Shown here: piece by piece, positions 9,247 through 19,013 of the stretch
Layout of the letters: each line of letters starts with the position of its first letter
Position numbering within the stretch: position 1 is the stretch's first letter
Assembly (NCBI GenBank): GCA_041659405.1
Contig: JBAZYK010000005.1
Coordinates: 31,796 to 63,795, forward strand
Direction: 5' to 3'
DNA length: 32,000 nucleotides
DNA from: Candidatus Altimarinota bacterium
Lineage (GTDB): Bacteria; Patescibacteriota; Gracilibacteria; UBA1369
Notes under the pieces: model-generated
Seen by the model: only the letters and a program-made list of their open reading frames with translations
Told to the model about the DNA's origin: nothing
Databases searched by the model: none
Position numbers and translations under genes: made by a program

Positions 9247-9912
9247 ATGCAATCACAGGCGTCTAAAATTCTTTTTTCCGTAATTCTTACTGCAGTTATC
9301 GTTGGGGGAGGTGTTTATTTTTGGCAGCATCAAGAAGCCGCTCAGATCACGACTCCAGTAGTAACTGTAAAAGATTCGGAACAACTTAATATAAAGCCAG
9401 TAACACAAGAATCCACTTCAACAGATCTTTTTGAATTAGCAAAAAACACAAAAGATGAGTTCACTTATCTTGTCTCAGCACCAAAATTAACTGGTGACTG
9501 GAAAATGACAATAAATAACAATTCTGGAGATTATGTCCTTCGTTTTTCTTTAAAATATAAATATTCTCCTTGGGGAGAGTTGCGCTATACTAAGGCCGAT
9601 TTAACTGCGACTGATGGAGCTCCTCCTGTAAATGGTCTCTCAGGTGTTGCTTCTTATAGTTTCTGTGCCGGTCAATACTATTGTGATGAAACTAATCATA
9701 AAGGAATGGGCTTTGATCTTACATTTTGGAATGCAAAATTTATTGGAAGAGCAGCAGATCCAAAATTTTATTTAAAAGATGGTGAAACTTTTCTTAAAGA
9801 AACGGACAAATATATAGTTACCTATAAGCCATTTACTGGCTCGCCTGCTAATCAACAGGTGAAAGTGAATCAAGAAGTCTCAGACCTTGTGAGTTCTTTC
9901 GAGATTTATTAG
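9247..9912 (+). CDS. Hypothetical membrane-anchored or secreted protein
   Basis: 221-aa ORF with an N-terminal hydrophobic segment (ILFSVILTAVIVGGGVYFW). Confidence 0.6.
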   Translation: MQSQASKILFSVILTAVIVGGGVYFWQHQEAAQITTPVVTVKDSEQLNIKPVTQESTSTDLFELAKNTKDEFTYLVSAPKLTGDWKMTINNNSGDYVLRFSLKYKYSPWGELRYTKADLTATDGAPPVNGLSGVASYSFCAGQYYCDETNHKGMGFDLTFWNAKFIGRAADPKFYLKDGETFLKETDKYIVTYKPFTGSPANQQVKVNQEVSDLVSSFEIY

Positions 9913-9957
9913 CTTTTAATCCGGCCGCCAAGACCTCGCGAAAAAATCATAATTTAA

Positions 9958-10192
9958 ATTAATATTTTAACAAATACCTATGGAAATTAAGGATAGTAAT
10001 GGCGTGGTGCTGCAGACTGGGGACAGCGTTCAGGTAATTAAGGACCTCAAAGTTGGCGGATCTTCGATGGTGCTAAAAAGAGGCGACGTGGTCAAAAACA
10101 TCAAAATAGTTGAGGACGAAGAAGAGGTGGAATGCCGCATAGGCAAGGCCACAATCATGCTCAAACCAGAATTTCTAAAGAAAAAGGGTTAG
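9958..10192 (+). repeat. 235-bp direct repeat, copy 2
   Basis: About 97% identical to 4569..4803, same orientation. Confidence 0.95.
9980..10192 (+). CDS. PhnA/YjdM C-terminal domain-only protein, copy 2
   Basis: Differs from copy 1 by one residue (I to V). Confidence 0.85.
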   Translation: MEIKDSNGVVLQTGDSVQVIKDLKVGGSSMVLKRGDVVKNIKIVEDEEEVECRIGKATIMLKPEFLKKKG

Positions 10193-10353
10193 CCAGGATC
10201 AGATGGATGAGCGGCTGAAGCACCGAGAAGTGAAAAAACTTTTAATACAGTCAAAGAAAAAATAATTGGCAGTCGCCCCACCACCGATCTTGTAACACTT
10301 TTTTGGGAATCCTGTTATATTGTGATGTATCATTTCTTAATCCCCTTTTCCCT

Positions 10354-12192
10354 ATGAAAAAATTGTCATTGGCCATGCTGGGAGTGCTTGGCATCACGGT
10401 TGTTTTGGCTGGTTGTAGCGCCGAAACAGTTACAACCCCAAGTTCAACCACTCCGGTTACTGTTCTAACTCAGACGCAGGCCACTCAAACCGAGCAAACT
10501 ACTCAGACTCAACAATCTTTTCAGGTTACTCCGGTTGAAACAAACGAAGTTTCATTTACTAAGACGACAGCACTTACCCCTGAATCTGTGCTTTCACAGG
10601 CCAAAATAACCAAGCTTGTTGCTGCGTATAATGATAATCTGAAAATTACAGATCCAAAACAAAAAATTGACTGGGGAACAAATTATCCTGGAGGTATGGG
10701 CGGCGATTCATCACTCAAAGCTTCATTCCGTTTTTATAATGCGGGCAAATTGAAGGTTGCACCTTATAAAGATTGGGATCTGCTAGTGCTTTCACTTGGT
10801 TGTGATGGGCCTTGCGATCATAATCCGGTTTATCGTTTGGCGCAGAATCCTGCCAACCAGGACCTTACTATGCTCACAAAATATTCCGACGATTTAAGTG
10901 ATAGTCGTATAGTTGGCTTGTTGGCTGCAATAACTCAAGATAAAAAATTTACAATCCCTGCGCTTGATTTGCCGGCAACATTAGCGATTACGGGCTCCAC
11001 AGCTGTGCTGAAGCTAAAATTTGCTGACAGTGAATATATTCCCGACTTAATCAAGTTAGCACCTGCGTACAGAAATTTTTACACCAAGGTACTTTATAAT
11101 TCCACGATCGGGCCGGTTTATGCATACGACACCAATTTGAATTCGAATGGATCAGGTGTTGGCTGTGTCCAAGTCAAAAAGCCTGATGGTTCAGTCGCGA
11201 CCTACGCTTTTGAGACGGGATTCGACAATAATAAGTTAACCATGAAACCTGTGGGCGGAACGGAAATGCCCGTGGCTGGAAACTATGAACCCGGACAACG
11301 TGGCTGCGGTATCGGTAGCAATTGTTATTATACAACATCGGTCAACGAGAAAAATCTTCAAGAATATGTAACTCTTTCCAATGGGCTGAAACTTTATGCA
11401 CCGATAAAAACTGATGAAAAAGCTGATCCACTAAATGTGACAGACGATGTTGGACTGATGAATTCTACCTACAAGCAATATGCCAGCTCTTACCAATACG
11501 GTGATACTTCCAAACCAAAGCTGACTTTTGCCCAATATGTAACCAACCATCCGGTGTTATTTTGGCAGGATCCGTTCAAGCGCTGGAGCACGTTGGTTTC
11601 TTCAAAGTTTGCGTCGCCTGCGGAATGCGGCAAACCGGTCATTTATCTCTATCCTCAAAAAGATACTAAGGTAAGCGTAAAAGTTGGAATTGATAAAATC
11701 ACCAAGAGCGATCCAAATTATGGTACAAACGGCTGGACTGTTTTGGCGCATGTTGGAGGCTTATTGACCAACTTAGCCGACGGCAAAGACTATCCGTATC
11801 TGTTTTGGGAAGGCCAGAGCAGCAAAATGATTGGGGTAGAAAATGGCTTTAGCGTGGCCCGTGGCGATCTTGAAAATTTCTTAAATCGCACTTTAAAACA
11901 GGCCGGATTAAATGCGCAGGAAAGCAAAGATTTTATGGAATTCTGGTATCCAAGAATGATGGCGAACAAGCAGCCGTACTTCATAATCAGCTTTGTGGGA
12001 ACAACTGAGTTCAATAAAATTGCACCTCTTAATATTTCCCCAAAACCGGATACCTTGGCGAGAGTATTTATGTATTATCAGCCAAGTTATGCCAACATAA
12101 ATCTTAGACCGCAAGTAATAAATGGCTTTGCGCGCCGCGGATTTACAGTTGTTGAATGGGGCGGGACTTCCAATATCCCATGGGTATACTAA
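10354..12192 (+). CDS. Large hypothetical lipoprotein
   Basis: Start at MKKLSLAMLGVLGITVVLAGCSAE (lipobox LAGC). The ORF track extends upstream to 10303. C-terminal module has 'KPVIYLYPQK...YLFWEG...DFMEFWYPRM'. Confidence 0.8.
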   Translation: MKKLSLAMLGVLGITVVLAGCSAETVTTPSSTTPVTVLTQTQATQTEQTTQTQQSFQVTPVETNEVSFTKTTALTPESVLSQAKITKLVAAYNDNLKITDPKQKIDWGTNYPGGMGGDSSLKASFRFYNAGKLKVAPYKDWDLLVLSLGCDGPCDHNPVYRLAQNPANQDLTMLTKYSDDLSDSRIVGLLAAITQDKKFTIPALDLPATLAITGSTAVLKLKFADSEYIPDLIKLAPAYRNFYTKVLYNSTIGPVYAYDTNLNSNGSGVGCVQVKKPDGSVATYAFETGFDNNKLTMKPVGGTEMPVAGNYEPGQRGCGIGSNCYYTTSVNEKNLQEYVTLSNGLKLYAPIKTDEKADPLNVTDDVGLMNSTYKQYASSYQYGDTSKPKLTFAQYVTNHPVLFWQDPFKRWSTLVSSKFASPAECGKPVIYLYPQKDTKVSVKVGIDKITKSDPNYGTNGWTVLAHVGGLLTNLADGKDYPYLFWEGQSSKMIGVENGFSVARGDLENFLNRTLKQAGLNAQESKDFMEFWYPRMMANKQPYFIISFVGTTEFNKIAPLNISPKPDTLARVFMYYQPSYANINLRPQVINGFARRGFTVVEWGGTSNIPWVY

Positions 12193-13175
12193 AAAAATTA
12201 CAATCCAAAGGAGTTCGCTGCGCTCGCGGAATATATGCGAACTTCGCGCGTAAGGGATGGGCCATACACGTGGCCCTCCTTTTGGTTGTGATGATTGGCG
12301 GAATTGGTCTGGGAGTTTTGTACCAGCCGGGGACGCGGACGGGATCCGTGCCAGTTCCGGGGCAAAAAACGCCGTCCAATGTTACGAGTAATGCTCGCTC
12401 TAATGCTACCGGGAAGATTGTGGGCGCGGTTCTCCCCCATCATTTATTAGTGGCGAATTTTATTGACGATTTTTATGCTGAACTGGCCAAACAAATCAAA
12501 CCTGCACGCATAATTTTGATCAGCCCGAATCATTTTGATAAAGGTGTGAAGTACATTCAAACCGCTACGGTAACGCCAAATGACCAGTATAATGATTTGC
12601 TGGATTTGCAGGCCATTAATTTTTTGGCTTCAAAGGCCGGCGCGTTTATCGAAAATAAATATTATTCGGTTGAGCATGGAATTTATGTTCATTATCCGTT
12701 TATAAAAAAATATTTTCCACAGGCACAAATTATTCCGATAACTTTAAAGCGAGGAACACCGCAGGCACAAATGGATAAACTGATTGCGGATTTGCAGGAT
12801 TTGCAAAAGATCGAAAATAAAACCACTTTAATTTTGGCGAGTGTGGATTTTACGCATTACGTTTCCGAGGATATTGCAGCCAAAAATGACCAACAGACGA
12901 TTGCCTACTTTACGCAGTGGGCATCAGTCGAAAGTTTAAGAAACAATCCCGCACAGGTTTTTGCCGATTTGGTGCGACTGTCAAAATCACCAAAAGAACA
13001 AAATCCCGATGCGGTTGCCATAGATAGCCCTGAAAGCATTTACGTTATGTTGAATTATCTAAACGACAACGGTGTTCACGGTTTTTCGCTCTGGAAACGC
13101 ACTTCCACGTTAAGTCTGACCACGCTTAAAGATCCAAACATGAACACGAGTCATATTTTTGGAAAGTTTTTATAG
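12156..13175 (+). CDS. MEMO1 family / AmmeMemoRadiSam system protein B-like, with N-terminal membrane anchor
   Basis: 'GAVLPHHLLVANFIDDFYAEL...RIILISPNHF...VEHGIYVHYPFIKKYFPQAQIIPI...ILASVDFTHYV'. Start may be 12180; the ORF overlaps the previous gene. Confidence 0.85.
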   Translation: MGRDFQYPMGILKKLQSKGVRCARGIYANFARKGWAIHVALLLVVMIGGIGLGVLYQPGTRTGSVPVPGQKTPSNVTSNARSNATGKIVGAVLPHHLLVANFIDDFYAELAKQIKPARIILISPNHFDKGVKYIQTATVTPNDQYNDLLDLQAINFLASKAGAFIENKYYSVEHGIYVHYPFIKKYFPQAQIIPITLKRGTPQAQMDKLIADLQDLQKIENKTTLILASVDFTHYVSEDIAAKNDQQTIAYFTQWASVESLRNNPAQVFADLVRLSKSPKEQNPDAVAIDSPESIYVMLNYLNDNGVHGFSLWKRTSTLSLTTLKDPNMNTSHIFGKFL

Positions 13176-13178
13176 GCC

Positions 13179-15077
13179 TTATACCGGCCCCCTGCTCTTA
13201 AAATGCTGATACATGGACATAATTCTGGCTACGTAATTTTGTGTTTCTCTGTATGGTGGAACGCGATTGCCATATTTTGCCACTGCACCTTCTCCGGCGT
13301 TGTATCCGGCTAAAGTTAAAGACATATCTCCGTTGTATTTGTTCAACAATTTTGAAAGTAATTTTACTCCGGTCATGATTGATTTTTCCGGGTTGGCACG
13401 ATCATCTTCCGGATCCAGCGCATAATATTTTCGGCCTTTTGAACTTATTTTTTCAATACTTGGTAAGATTTTTGCGTTTGCATTTCCCAGTCCACGATAT
13501 GTGTCCGGCATGATCTGCATTAAGCCACCCGCGCCAACCGGCGAAGCAATATTTGGATTAAATCCCGACTCCTGATTCATTACGGCGACAACGAAATCTT
13601 TATCCACATTGGGATAAGTACGACAAGCCTGTTCTATTAGCGGCATGTACTTTTCGGCTTTGCGCAATGCTCTTTCCGATGCTGATTCCAAACCGGTTTG
13701 CGCGACTTCCCGCTCATCACGTTTTTCAGCTTTAATTTCCGAAGGAAGAACGGCTTGTGCATATTCTTTTGCTTTTTCGCTTTGCAAAAGGTCTCTGCAC
13801 TTGGATGGATCTTTATCAAATTCCAGGTGCATTTCATCTAAAGTATCCGGATTCCAATCTGCCCCGCAATTAAATCCAACACTTCTAAAAACGGCTAAAA
13901 CTTCCGCCGGCATGTTGCCGGATTTTTTATATCTTGGATTTTTTGATGGATCAATATCAAGCGCTACGCCCCAAGAATGAAGGTTTTTTTTGCCGGTATC
14001 TTTTCCCTGCGCATCTGCAATATTTCTTTTGTTGTAAGACTGAATAACTTCCGGATTAAATTTAATTCCGGCCTTGCGCAAACGCTCTTCAACTTCAACC
14101 AAATAAGGCATTATTAACCGATTCACCGCAAAATTTTTGCCTAAAAATGTAAAAGGTTTATTTTTTTCGACAGGATCTTTATTACTGATTAAAGTGGTGT
14201 TTTCGCCCACAACGGAAGTCCAAAATCTGCGATCAACCTTTTCGTAATCTTTGCCGTTAATGTTTACAACTTCCCTGGCGCGAGTTTTTTCCGGTTTTGC
14301 CTGTGGAGCTTTGGACATAGGGCCTTCAACCGTTATAACTGGAGGCGTTTGTGACTGATTTTCACGTGGCAAAGACTGATGAGCAGTCTCCGCATCCCGT
14401 GCGATTTTTTCAAAAAGAATTTTTTCCCCCAGCTGAACACGTTGTACATCAAAATCGTCTTTTGAGCCGGTACTTAAAATTTCCACGGACCAATCATTGT
14501 AAACGGGTACATACTTTAAAATGTGCTTTTCCAAATAAGTTTTTTTATCAAAATAACCAATTCTATGTGGATTTACTGTTTTATCAATCGCGCGGAAAGC
14601 TTCTTCGGAAACCACTGTCCCGGTATCATCCATAACTTTTACAGTTTTTATATTGTTGGCAAACATATCACCTAAACCGATGATGTCTTGAGCTGTTTTA
14701 TTTCCCGTAAAATCGACTTTAAAAGCCAACTTTGAAGGCTGCTTATTATCTCTTTCCAAAAAAGATGCAGACAACAGAATATGCTTTCGGTCAGGGTCTT
14801 TGCCATTTTCTTCCGGGGACATTCCACCGGACCGCATTGCTAGTTTTGCCTTATTGGCCATGTCAAAATCATTTTCGTTTTGGCCTTTTTGATATTGATT
14901 GTCCCACTCCAAACTACGTGCAAAAAAGTTGCGATGATCTTTTGGAGGAAGATTCTTAATACCATCCAAAAAAGGTTGAAGATTTTTTTCATTTTCACGC
15001 AAAGCTTTCAAAGCTTCCGGTGTTTTTGCTTCTATGTTGGGTAATTCTGGTTGTGAACGCTGCACAGGGTCGCCCAT
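13179..15077 (-). CDS. Bifunctional M15-type D,D/L,D-carboxypeptidase and SLT lytic transglycosylase fusion
   Basis: M15 signature 'NLHSWGVALDIDPSKNP...DEMHLEFD', followed by SLT signature 'AVMNQESGFNPNIASPVGAGGLMQIMPDTYRGLG...LAGYNAGEGAV'. Confidence 0.88.
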   Translation of the reverse strand: MGDPVQRSQPELPNIEAKTPEALKALRENEKNLQPFLDGIKNLPPKDHRNFFARSLEWDNQYQKGQNENDFDMANKAKLAMRSGGMSPEENGKDPDRKHILLSASFLERDNKQPSKLAFKVDFTGNKTAQDIIGLGDMFANNIKTVKVMDDTGTVVSEEAFRAIDKTVNPHRIGYFDKKTYLEKHILKYVPVYNDWSVEILSTGSKDDFDVQRVQLGEKILFEKIARDAETAHQSLPRENQSQTPPVITVEGPMSKAPQAKPEKTRAREVVNINGKDYEKVDRRFWTSVVGENTTLISNKDPVEKNKPFTFLGKNFAVNRLIMPYLVEVEERLRKAGIKFNPEVIQSYNKRNIADAQGKDTGKKNLHSWGVALDIDPSKNPRYKKSGNMPAEVLAVFRSVGFNCGADWNPDTLDEMHLEFDKDPSKCRDLLQSEKAKEYAQAVLPSEIKAEKRDEREVAQTGLESASERALRKAEKYMPLIEQACRTYPNVDKDFVVAVMNQESGFNPNIASPVGAGGLMQIMPDTYRGLGNANAKILPSIEKISSKGRKYYALDPEDDRANPEKSIMTGVKLLSKLLNKYNGDMSLTLAGYNAGEGAVAKYGNRVPPYRETQNYVARIMSMYQHFKSRGPV

Positions 15078-15219
15078 GGTTTTGAATATAATAATTCTTA
15101 TTATTTTATCATAAATTGTGATTTTTTGCCATTCCTGAAGCCATTATTACCACACTAACGGCTTGACAAATTTAAGCTTCTCACTTAAGTTGTAATAGCT
15201 CAATTAAGACCAATTTGGT

Positions 15220-15774
15220 ATGATTTCAATTTCGAAGACAAATCGGCCGCAAACTCAAAGGATTCGCAAGGTGAAAAATGGCTTTTCTAAGGCATTAATT
15301 CCCCAAGGTTCGCCAAACAAGCACGGACTTTTTCAGCTTTCGCACAAGGTTGATTATGGACTGTTTTTAATGATGGAATTGGCGAAAAAGGGTGTTGGGT
15401 CGCAAAAGAGCACAAAAAGCCTCACAGAGCCCCTTTCTTTGCGTCAGGTTGCCGATGAGCATCAAATGTCTTTCTTCTTTTTGCAAAAAGTCGCGAATGA
15501 TTTACGAAATGCGGGACTGATCACGGCCAGTCGCGGCAAACTTGGAGGTTATATTTTGGCTCAAGAAACGTCTAAAATCACTTTAAAAAATATTCTGGAA
15601 GCTTTAGAAGGACCAATTGCGGTAATGCACTGCCTTACTTCCGCGGCGGAAAGCCCAAGCTGTGTGCGTGAAAATTCGTGTGAAGTTAGGCCGGGACTTA
15701 ATTCAATCAATCAAATTTTGTTAAAAGCTCTTTCAGAAACTACGTTAGCCAATATTCTTTCAAATCATTTATAA
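15220..15774 (+). CDS. Rrf2/IscR-family transcriptional regulator
   Basis: Rrf2 wHTH ('YGLFLMMELA', 'LSLRQVADEHQMSFFFLQKVANDLRNAGLITASRGKLGGYIL') with Cys cluster 'C...CVRENSC'; heads the suf genes. Confidence 0.9.
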   Translation: MISISKTNRPQTQRIRKVKNGFSKALIPQGSPNKHGLFQLSHKVDYGLFLMMELAKKGVGSQKSTKSLTEPLSLRQVADEHQMSFFFLQKVANDLRNAGLITASRGKLGGYILAQETSKITLKNILEALEGPIAVMHCLTSAAESPSCVRENSCEVRPGLNSINQILLKALSETTLANILSNHL

Positions 15775-15782
15775 ACTTCGTC

Positions 15783-16547
15783 ATGGAAAAAAACAGTTTA
15801 AAAATCAGAAATTTGCATGTGGGGATTGATGGCCAAGAGATCATTAAAGGTTTGAATTTGGAAATCAATTCCGGTGAAATTCACATCATCATGGGCCCAA
15901 ATGGATCGGGCAAAAGTACGCTGTGCTATGCGCTGATGGGGCATCCTAAATATAAAATAACCGAAGGCGAGGCTTTGTTTAATGGCGTGAATATTCTTGA
16001 TTTAAGCCCGGACAAACGGGCTCAGCTTGGGCTTTTTCTGGCTTTTCAATATCCGCGAGAAGTTCCCGGTGTGACTCTTGGAAATTTTCTGCGTACGGCA
16101 AAAAACGCTATTACCAAGGCTCAAGATCCTAAGATAAAACCTTGTGGCCCGGCGCAATTTATTCCGGTTCTGCAAAAAGAATTGGAACTCACTAAAACTG
16201 ATCGCAAATTTGTAATCCGCGGCGTAAACGAAGGCCTTTCCGGTGGAGAAAAAAAACGCGCCGAAATTTTACAAATGGCCGTCCTCCAACCAAAAATGGC
16301 TCTTTTAGACGAGATTGATTCCGGATTGGACATTGACGCCCTAAAAGCAGTGGCAAATGGTATTCAAGCAGTATTTGAACGTAGCCAAATGGGCGTTTTG
16401 CTCATCACTCATTATCAAAGAATTTTAAACCATTTGAAACCACATTTTGTACACATCATGGTTGGCGGCAAGATTGTTAAATCCGGTGATCATGAACTGG
16501 CGATGGAATTGGAAAAAAATGGATATGAAAACTATCTGAAAACTTAA
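15783..16547 (+). CDS. sufC: Fe-S cluster assembly ATPase SufC
   Basis: Walker A GPNGSGKST, signature 'LSGGEKKRAEILQMAVLQPKMALLDEIDSGLDIDAL'. Confidence 0.95.
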   Translation: MEKNSLKIRNLHVGIDGQEIIKGLNLEINSGEIHIIMGPNGSGKSTLCYALMGHPKYKITEGEALFNGVNILDLSPDKRAQLGLFLAFQYPREVPGVTLGNFLRTAKNAITKAQDPKIKPCGPAQFIPVLQKELELTKTDRKFVIRGVNEGLSGGEKKRAEILQMAVLQPKMALLDEIDSGLDIDALKAVANGIQAVFERSQMGVLLITHYQRILNHLKPHFVHIMVGGKIVKSGDHELAMELEKNGYENYLKT

Positions 16548-16607
16548 AAACTTTCCCCTCGGCACGGGGGCCCCCCAAGACCCCCAAAGTGCCTCGGTGA
16601 AAGTTTT
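16547..16607 (+). promoter_or_regulatory. Long imperfect hairpin between sufC and sufB (terminator/attenuator-like)
   Basis: AAAACTTTCcCCtcGGCAC...GTGCCtcGGtGAAAGTTTT, 16 of 19 positions paired, enclosing GGGGGCCCCCC and followed by a T run. Confidence 0.75.
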
Positions 16608-16648
16608 TGAGTTTTCAGATAAGGTGAATCAATTTTATTTAAATATTC

Positions 16649-18064
16649 ATGGCGATTAAGAATCAGGAGCAACAAAATTTGGCGCAAAATCATGATTATC
16701 AATATGGGTTTCATGTTGATAATAAAGCTGTGTTCAAAGCTGCAAAAGGTTTGACCGCCGATATTGTAAAAGCGATTTCTGCTCATAAGAAAGAGCCAAA
16801 ATGGATGCTGGATTTTAGGTTGAAGGCTTTTGAGATTTACAATTCAAAACCTATGCCAACTTGGGGCGGCGACCTTGCCAGTATCGATTTTGAAAATATT
16901 CATTACTACATTAAGCCTTCGGACAGGCCTACGCGCAGCTGGGAAGATGTTCCGGCGGAAATCAAAGAAACTTTTGACCGTTTAGGTGTTCCGGAAGCCG
17001 AAAGAAAATTTTTATCCGGCAGTGGCGCGCAATTTGAATCGGAAGTTATCTATCATAATTTGCAGGAAACTCTCCAAAAAAAAGGGGTGATTTTTGAAGG
17101 AACCGATGCGGCTTTGCAAAAATATCCGGAACTTTTTAAAGAATATTTCGCGACGGTTGTGCCACCCGGTGACAACAAATTTGCGGCTTTAAATTCAGCA
17201 GTCTGGTCTGGCGGATCTTTTATTTACATACCAAAAGGTGTGCATATTGAACTGCCTTTGCAGGCTTATTTCCGCATCAATGCCGAGAATATGGGTCAGT
17301 TTGAAAGAACTCTGATTATTGCCGATGAAGGCTCTTCCGTGCACTACGTTGAAGGCTGTACTGCGCCAACTTATTCCAGCGATTCTCTGCATTCAGCGGT
17401 TGTGGAAATTATTGTAAAAAAAGGTGCGCGTGTTCAATACACAACAATTCAAAACTGGTCGAATAACGTTTATAATCTTGTGACCAAACGCGCAAAAGCT
17501 TTTGCAGATGCCACTATGTTCTGGCTCGATTGTAACCTCGGATCAAAATTAACGATGAAATATCCGGCTGTTTTGTTGATGGAACCGGGCGCAAAGGCGG
17601 AGGTTTTGTCGATCGCGTTTGCAGGCAAAGGACAGCATCAGGATGCCGGTGCAAAGGTCATTCACTTGGCTCCAAATACTTCTTCAACCATCACTTCCAA
17701 ATCAATCAGCAAAGGCGGTGGAAGGACTTCTTATCGTGGGCTGGTGCGCGTTTATCCGGGTGCTAAAGGCGTAAAGTCACGCGTGGTTTGTGATGCGCTT
17801 TTACTTGATCCGGATTCACGTTCGGACACTTATCCCACAATGGATATTAATGAAGATGATGTTTCGATTGCGCATGAAGCAACAGTCAGCAAAATTGGTG
17901 AAGAGCAGTTATTTTATTTGATGTCGCGTGGTTTAAGTGAGCAGGAAGCGGCAACTATGATCGTGAATGGTTTTATTGATCCGATCGTGAAGGTTCTGCC
18001 AATGGAATATGCAATTGAAATGAACAGATTAATTGCGATGGAGATGACGGGATCTGTTGGATAG
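16649..18064 (+). CDS. sufB: Fe-S cluster assembly scaffold SufB
   Basis: '[33 protein letters not shown]...[27 protein letters not shown]...'. Confidence 0.95.
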   Translation: MAIKNQEQQNLAQNHDYQYGFHVDNKAVFKAAKGLTADIVKAISAHKKEPKWMLDFRLKAFEIYNSKPMPTWGGDLASIDFENIHYYIKPSDRPTRSWEDVPAEIKETFDRLGVPEAERKFLSGSGAQFESEVIYHNLQETLQKKGVIFEGTDAALQKYPELFKEYFATVVPPGDNKFAALNSAVWSGGSFIYIPKGVHIELPLQAYFRINAENMGQFERTLIIADEGSSVHYVEGCTAPTYSSDSLHSAVVEIIVKKGARVQYTTIQNWSNNVYNLVTKRAKAFADATMFWLDCNLGSKLTMKYPAVLLMEPGAKAEVLSIAFAGKGQHQDAGAKVIHLAPNTSSTITSKSISKGGGRTSYRGLVRVYPGAKGVKSRVVCDALLLDPDSRSDTYPTMDINEDDVSIAHEATVSKIGEEQLFYLMSRGLSEQEAATMIVNGFIDPIVKVLPMEYAIEMNRLIAMEMTGSVG

Positions 18065-18097
18065 AACGACACTGTACAAATAATTTACACAAGAATA

Positions 18098-18814
18098 ATG
18101 ACTCAGGTAAGCATAAAATCAGCAAATTGTAATATAAAGGAATTAGCTTTTCGAAAATTGACTGAAGAGCTAACGATTCCGCGTGGAGTAGAACAGACTA
18201 TCGTGGTGGATCATCTTGAAAATGCTCATATTTTGCTGGAAGAAGGCGCAAAACTTACGTTTATTTATTGCGGATTTGAAGGTTTTAAAGATCTTAAAAA
18301 GATAACTTTTGAATTTGGTGGACGTGAATCGGAACTTCACTTTTTGGGTTTTATTATTGGAACAAAAGATCAAACTTTTCCATTTGAAACTGTTTCTTTG
18401 CACAAAGTTCCTCAAACCAAAGCGCATTATAACGTGCGCGCAACCATGTTTGATCATTCCAAAGTCGACTACAAAGGTAATATCATCATCAAAAAATCGG
18501 CACCATTAACAGATGCTTATTTGGCTCACCATACTTTGCTTTTGTCTGATTTTGCCCGAGCCAGAACCATTCCGGCGTTAGAAATTGAAGCGGATGACGT
18601 TAAGGCAGGTCACGCAGCCACAATTGGCAAAGTTGATGAAGAGGTGATGTTTTATTTGCAAAGTCGTGGTCTGGATAAAATTCAGGCAGAACTCTTACAA
18701 ATTTCCGGATTTTTTGAACAGCAATTACAACAGGTGCCAGACGAGGAGCTTGCTTGTTCTTTACGAGAACTGATAAAATCACATTTGCCTCTTAATTTAA
18801 ATAATAATTTTTAA
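18098..18814 (+). CDS. sufD: SufD-like component (short)
   Basis: 238 aa with SufB/D-type C-terminus 'LLLSDFARARTIPALEIEADDVKAGHAATIGKVDEEVMFYLQSRGLDKIQAELLQISGFF'. Confidence 0.88.
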   Translation: MTQVSIKSANCNIKELAFRKLTEELTIPRGVEQTIVVDHLENAHILLEEGAKLTFIYCGFEGFKDLKKITFEFGGRESELHFLGFIIGTKDQTFPFETVSLHKVPQTKAHYNVRATMFDHSKVDYKGNIIIKKSAPLTDAYLAHHTLLLSDFARARTIPALEIEADDVKAGHAATIGKVDEEVMFYLQSRGLDKIQAELLQISGFFEQQLQQVPDEELACSLRELIKSHLPLNLNNNF

Positions 18815-18831
18815 TTCCTAATTTTTTTTAT

Positions 18832-19002
18832 ATGGATCCAAAAAAAGCTCAACCAAAAAAACATGACGACGCAGACAAAACTAAGGAAACCGAAGAAGGA
18901 TGCTGCGGCCGTGGATGCGGCGACAAATGCGACGACGCAAAAGAAGTTACAAAAGATGAAGGCGGTTGTTGTGGCGGCGGATGCTGCAAAGACCAACAAT
19001 AA
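18832..19002 (+). CDS. 56-aa Cys-rich ORF inside the suf operon
   Basis: Read directly: MDPKKAQPKKHDDADKTKETEEGCCGRGCGDKCDDAKEVTKDEGGCCGGGCCKDQQ*. Eight Cys in two clusters. Below the length cutoff of the ORF track; 17 nt after sufD and 11 nt before sufS. Confidence 0.75.
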   Translation: MDPKKAQPKKHDDADKTKETEEGCCGRGCGDKCDDAKEVTKDEGGCCGGGCCKDQQ

Positions 19003-19013
19003 ATAATTTATTA

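Noticed and set aside
15160-15220. IscR-like operator and sigma70 promoter upstream of rrf2 (TTGACA box; ACCAATTTGGT palindrome)
   Set aside because: The TTGACA box and the small palindrome ACCAATTTGGT are present. A well-spaced -10 and a full IscR consensus could not be established, so it is not listed as a feature.
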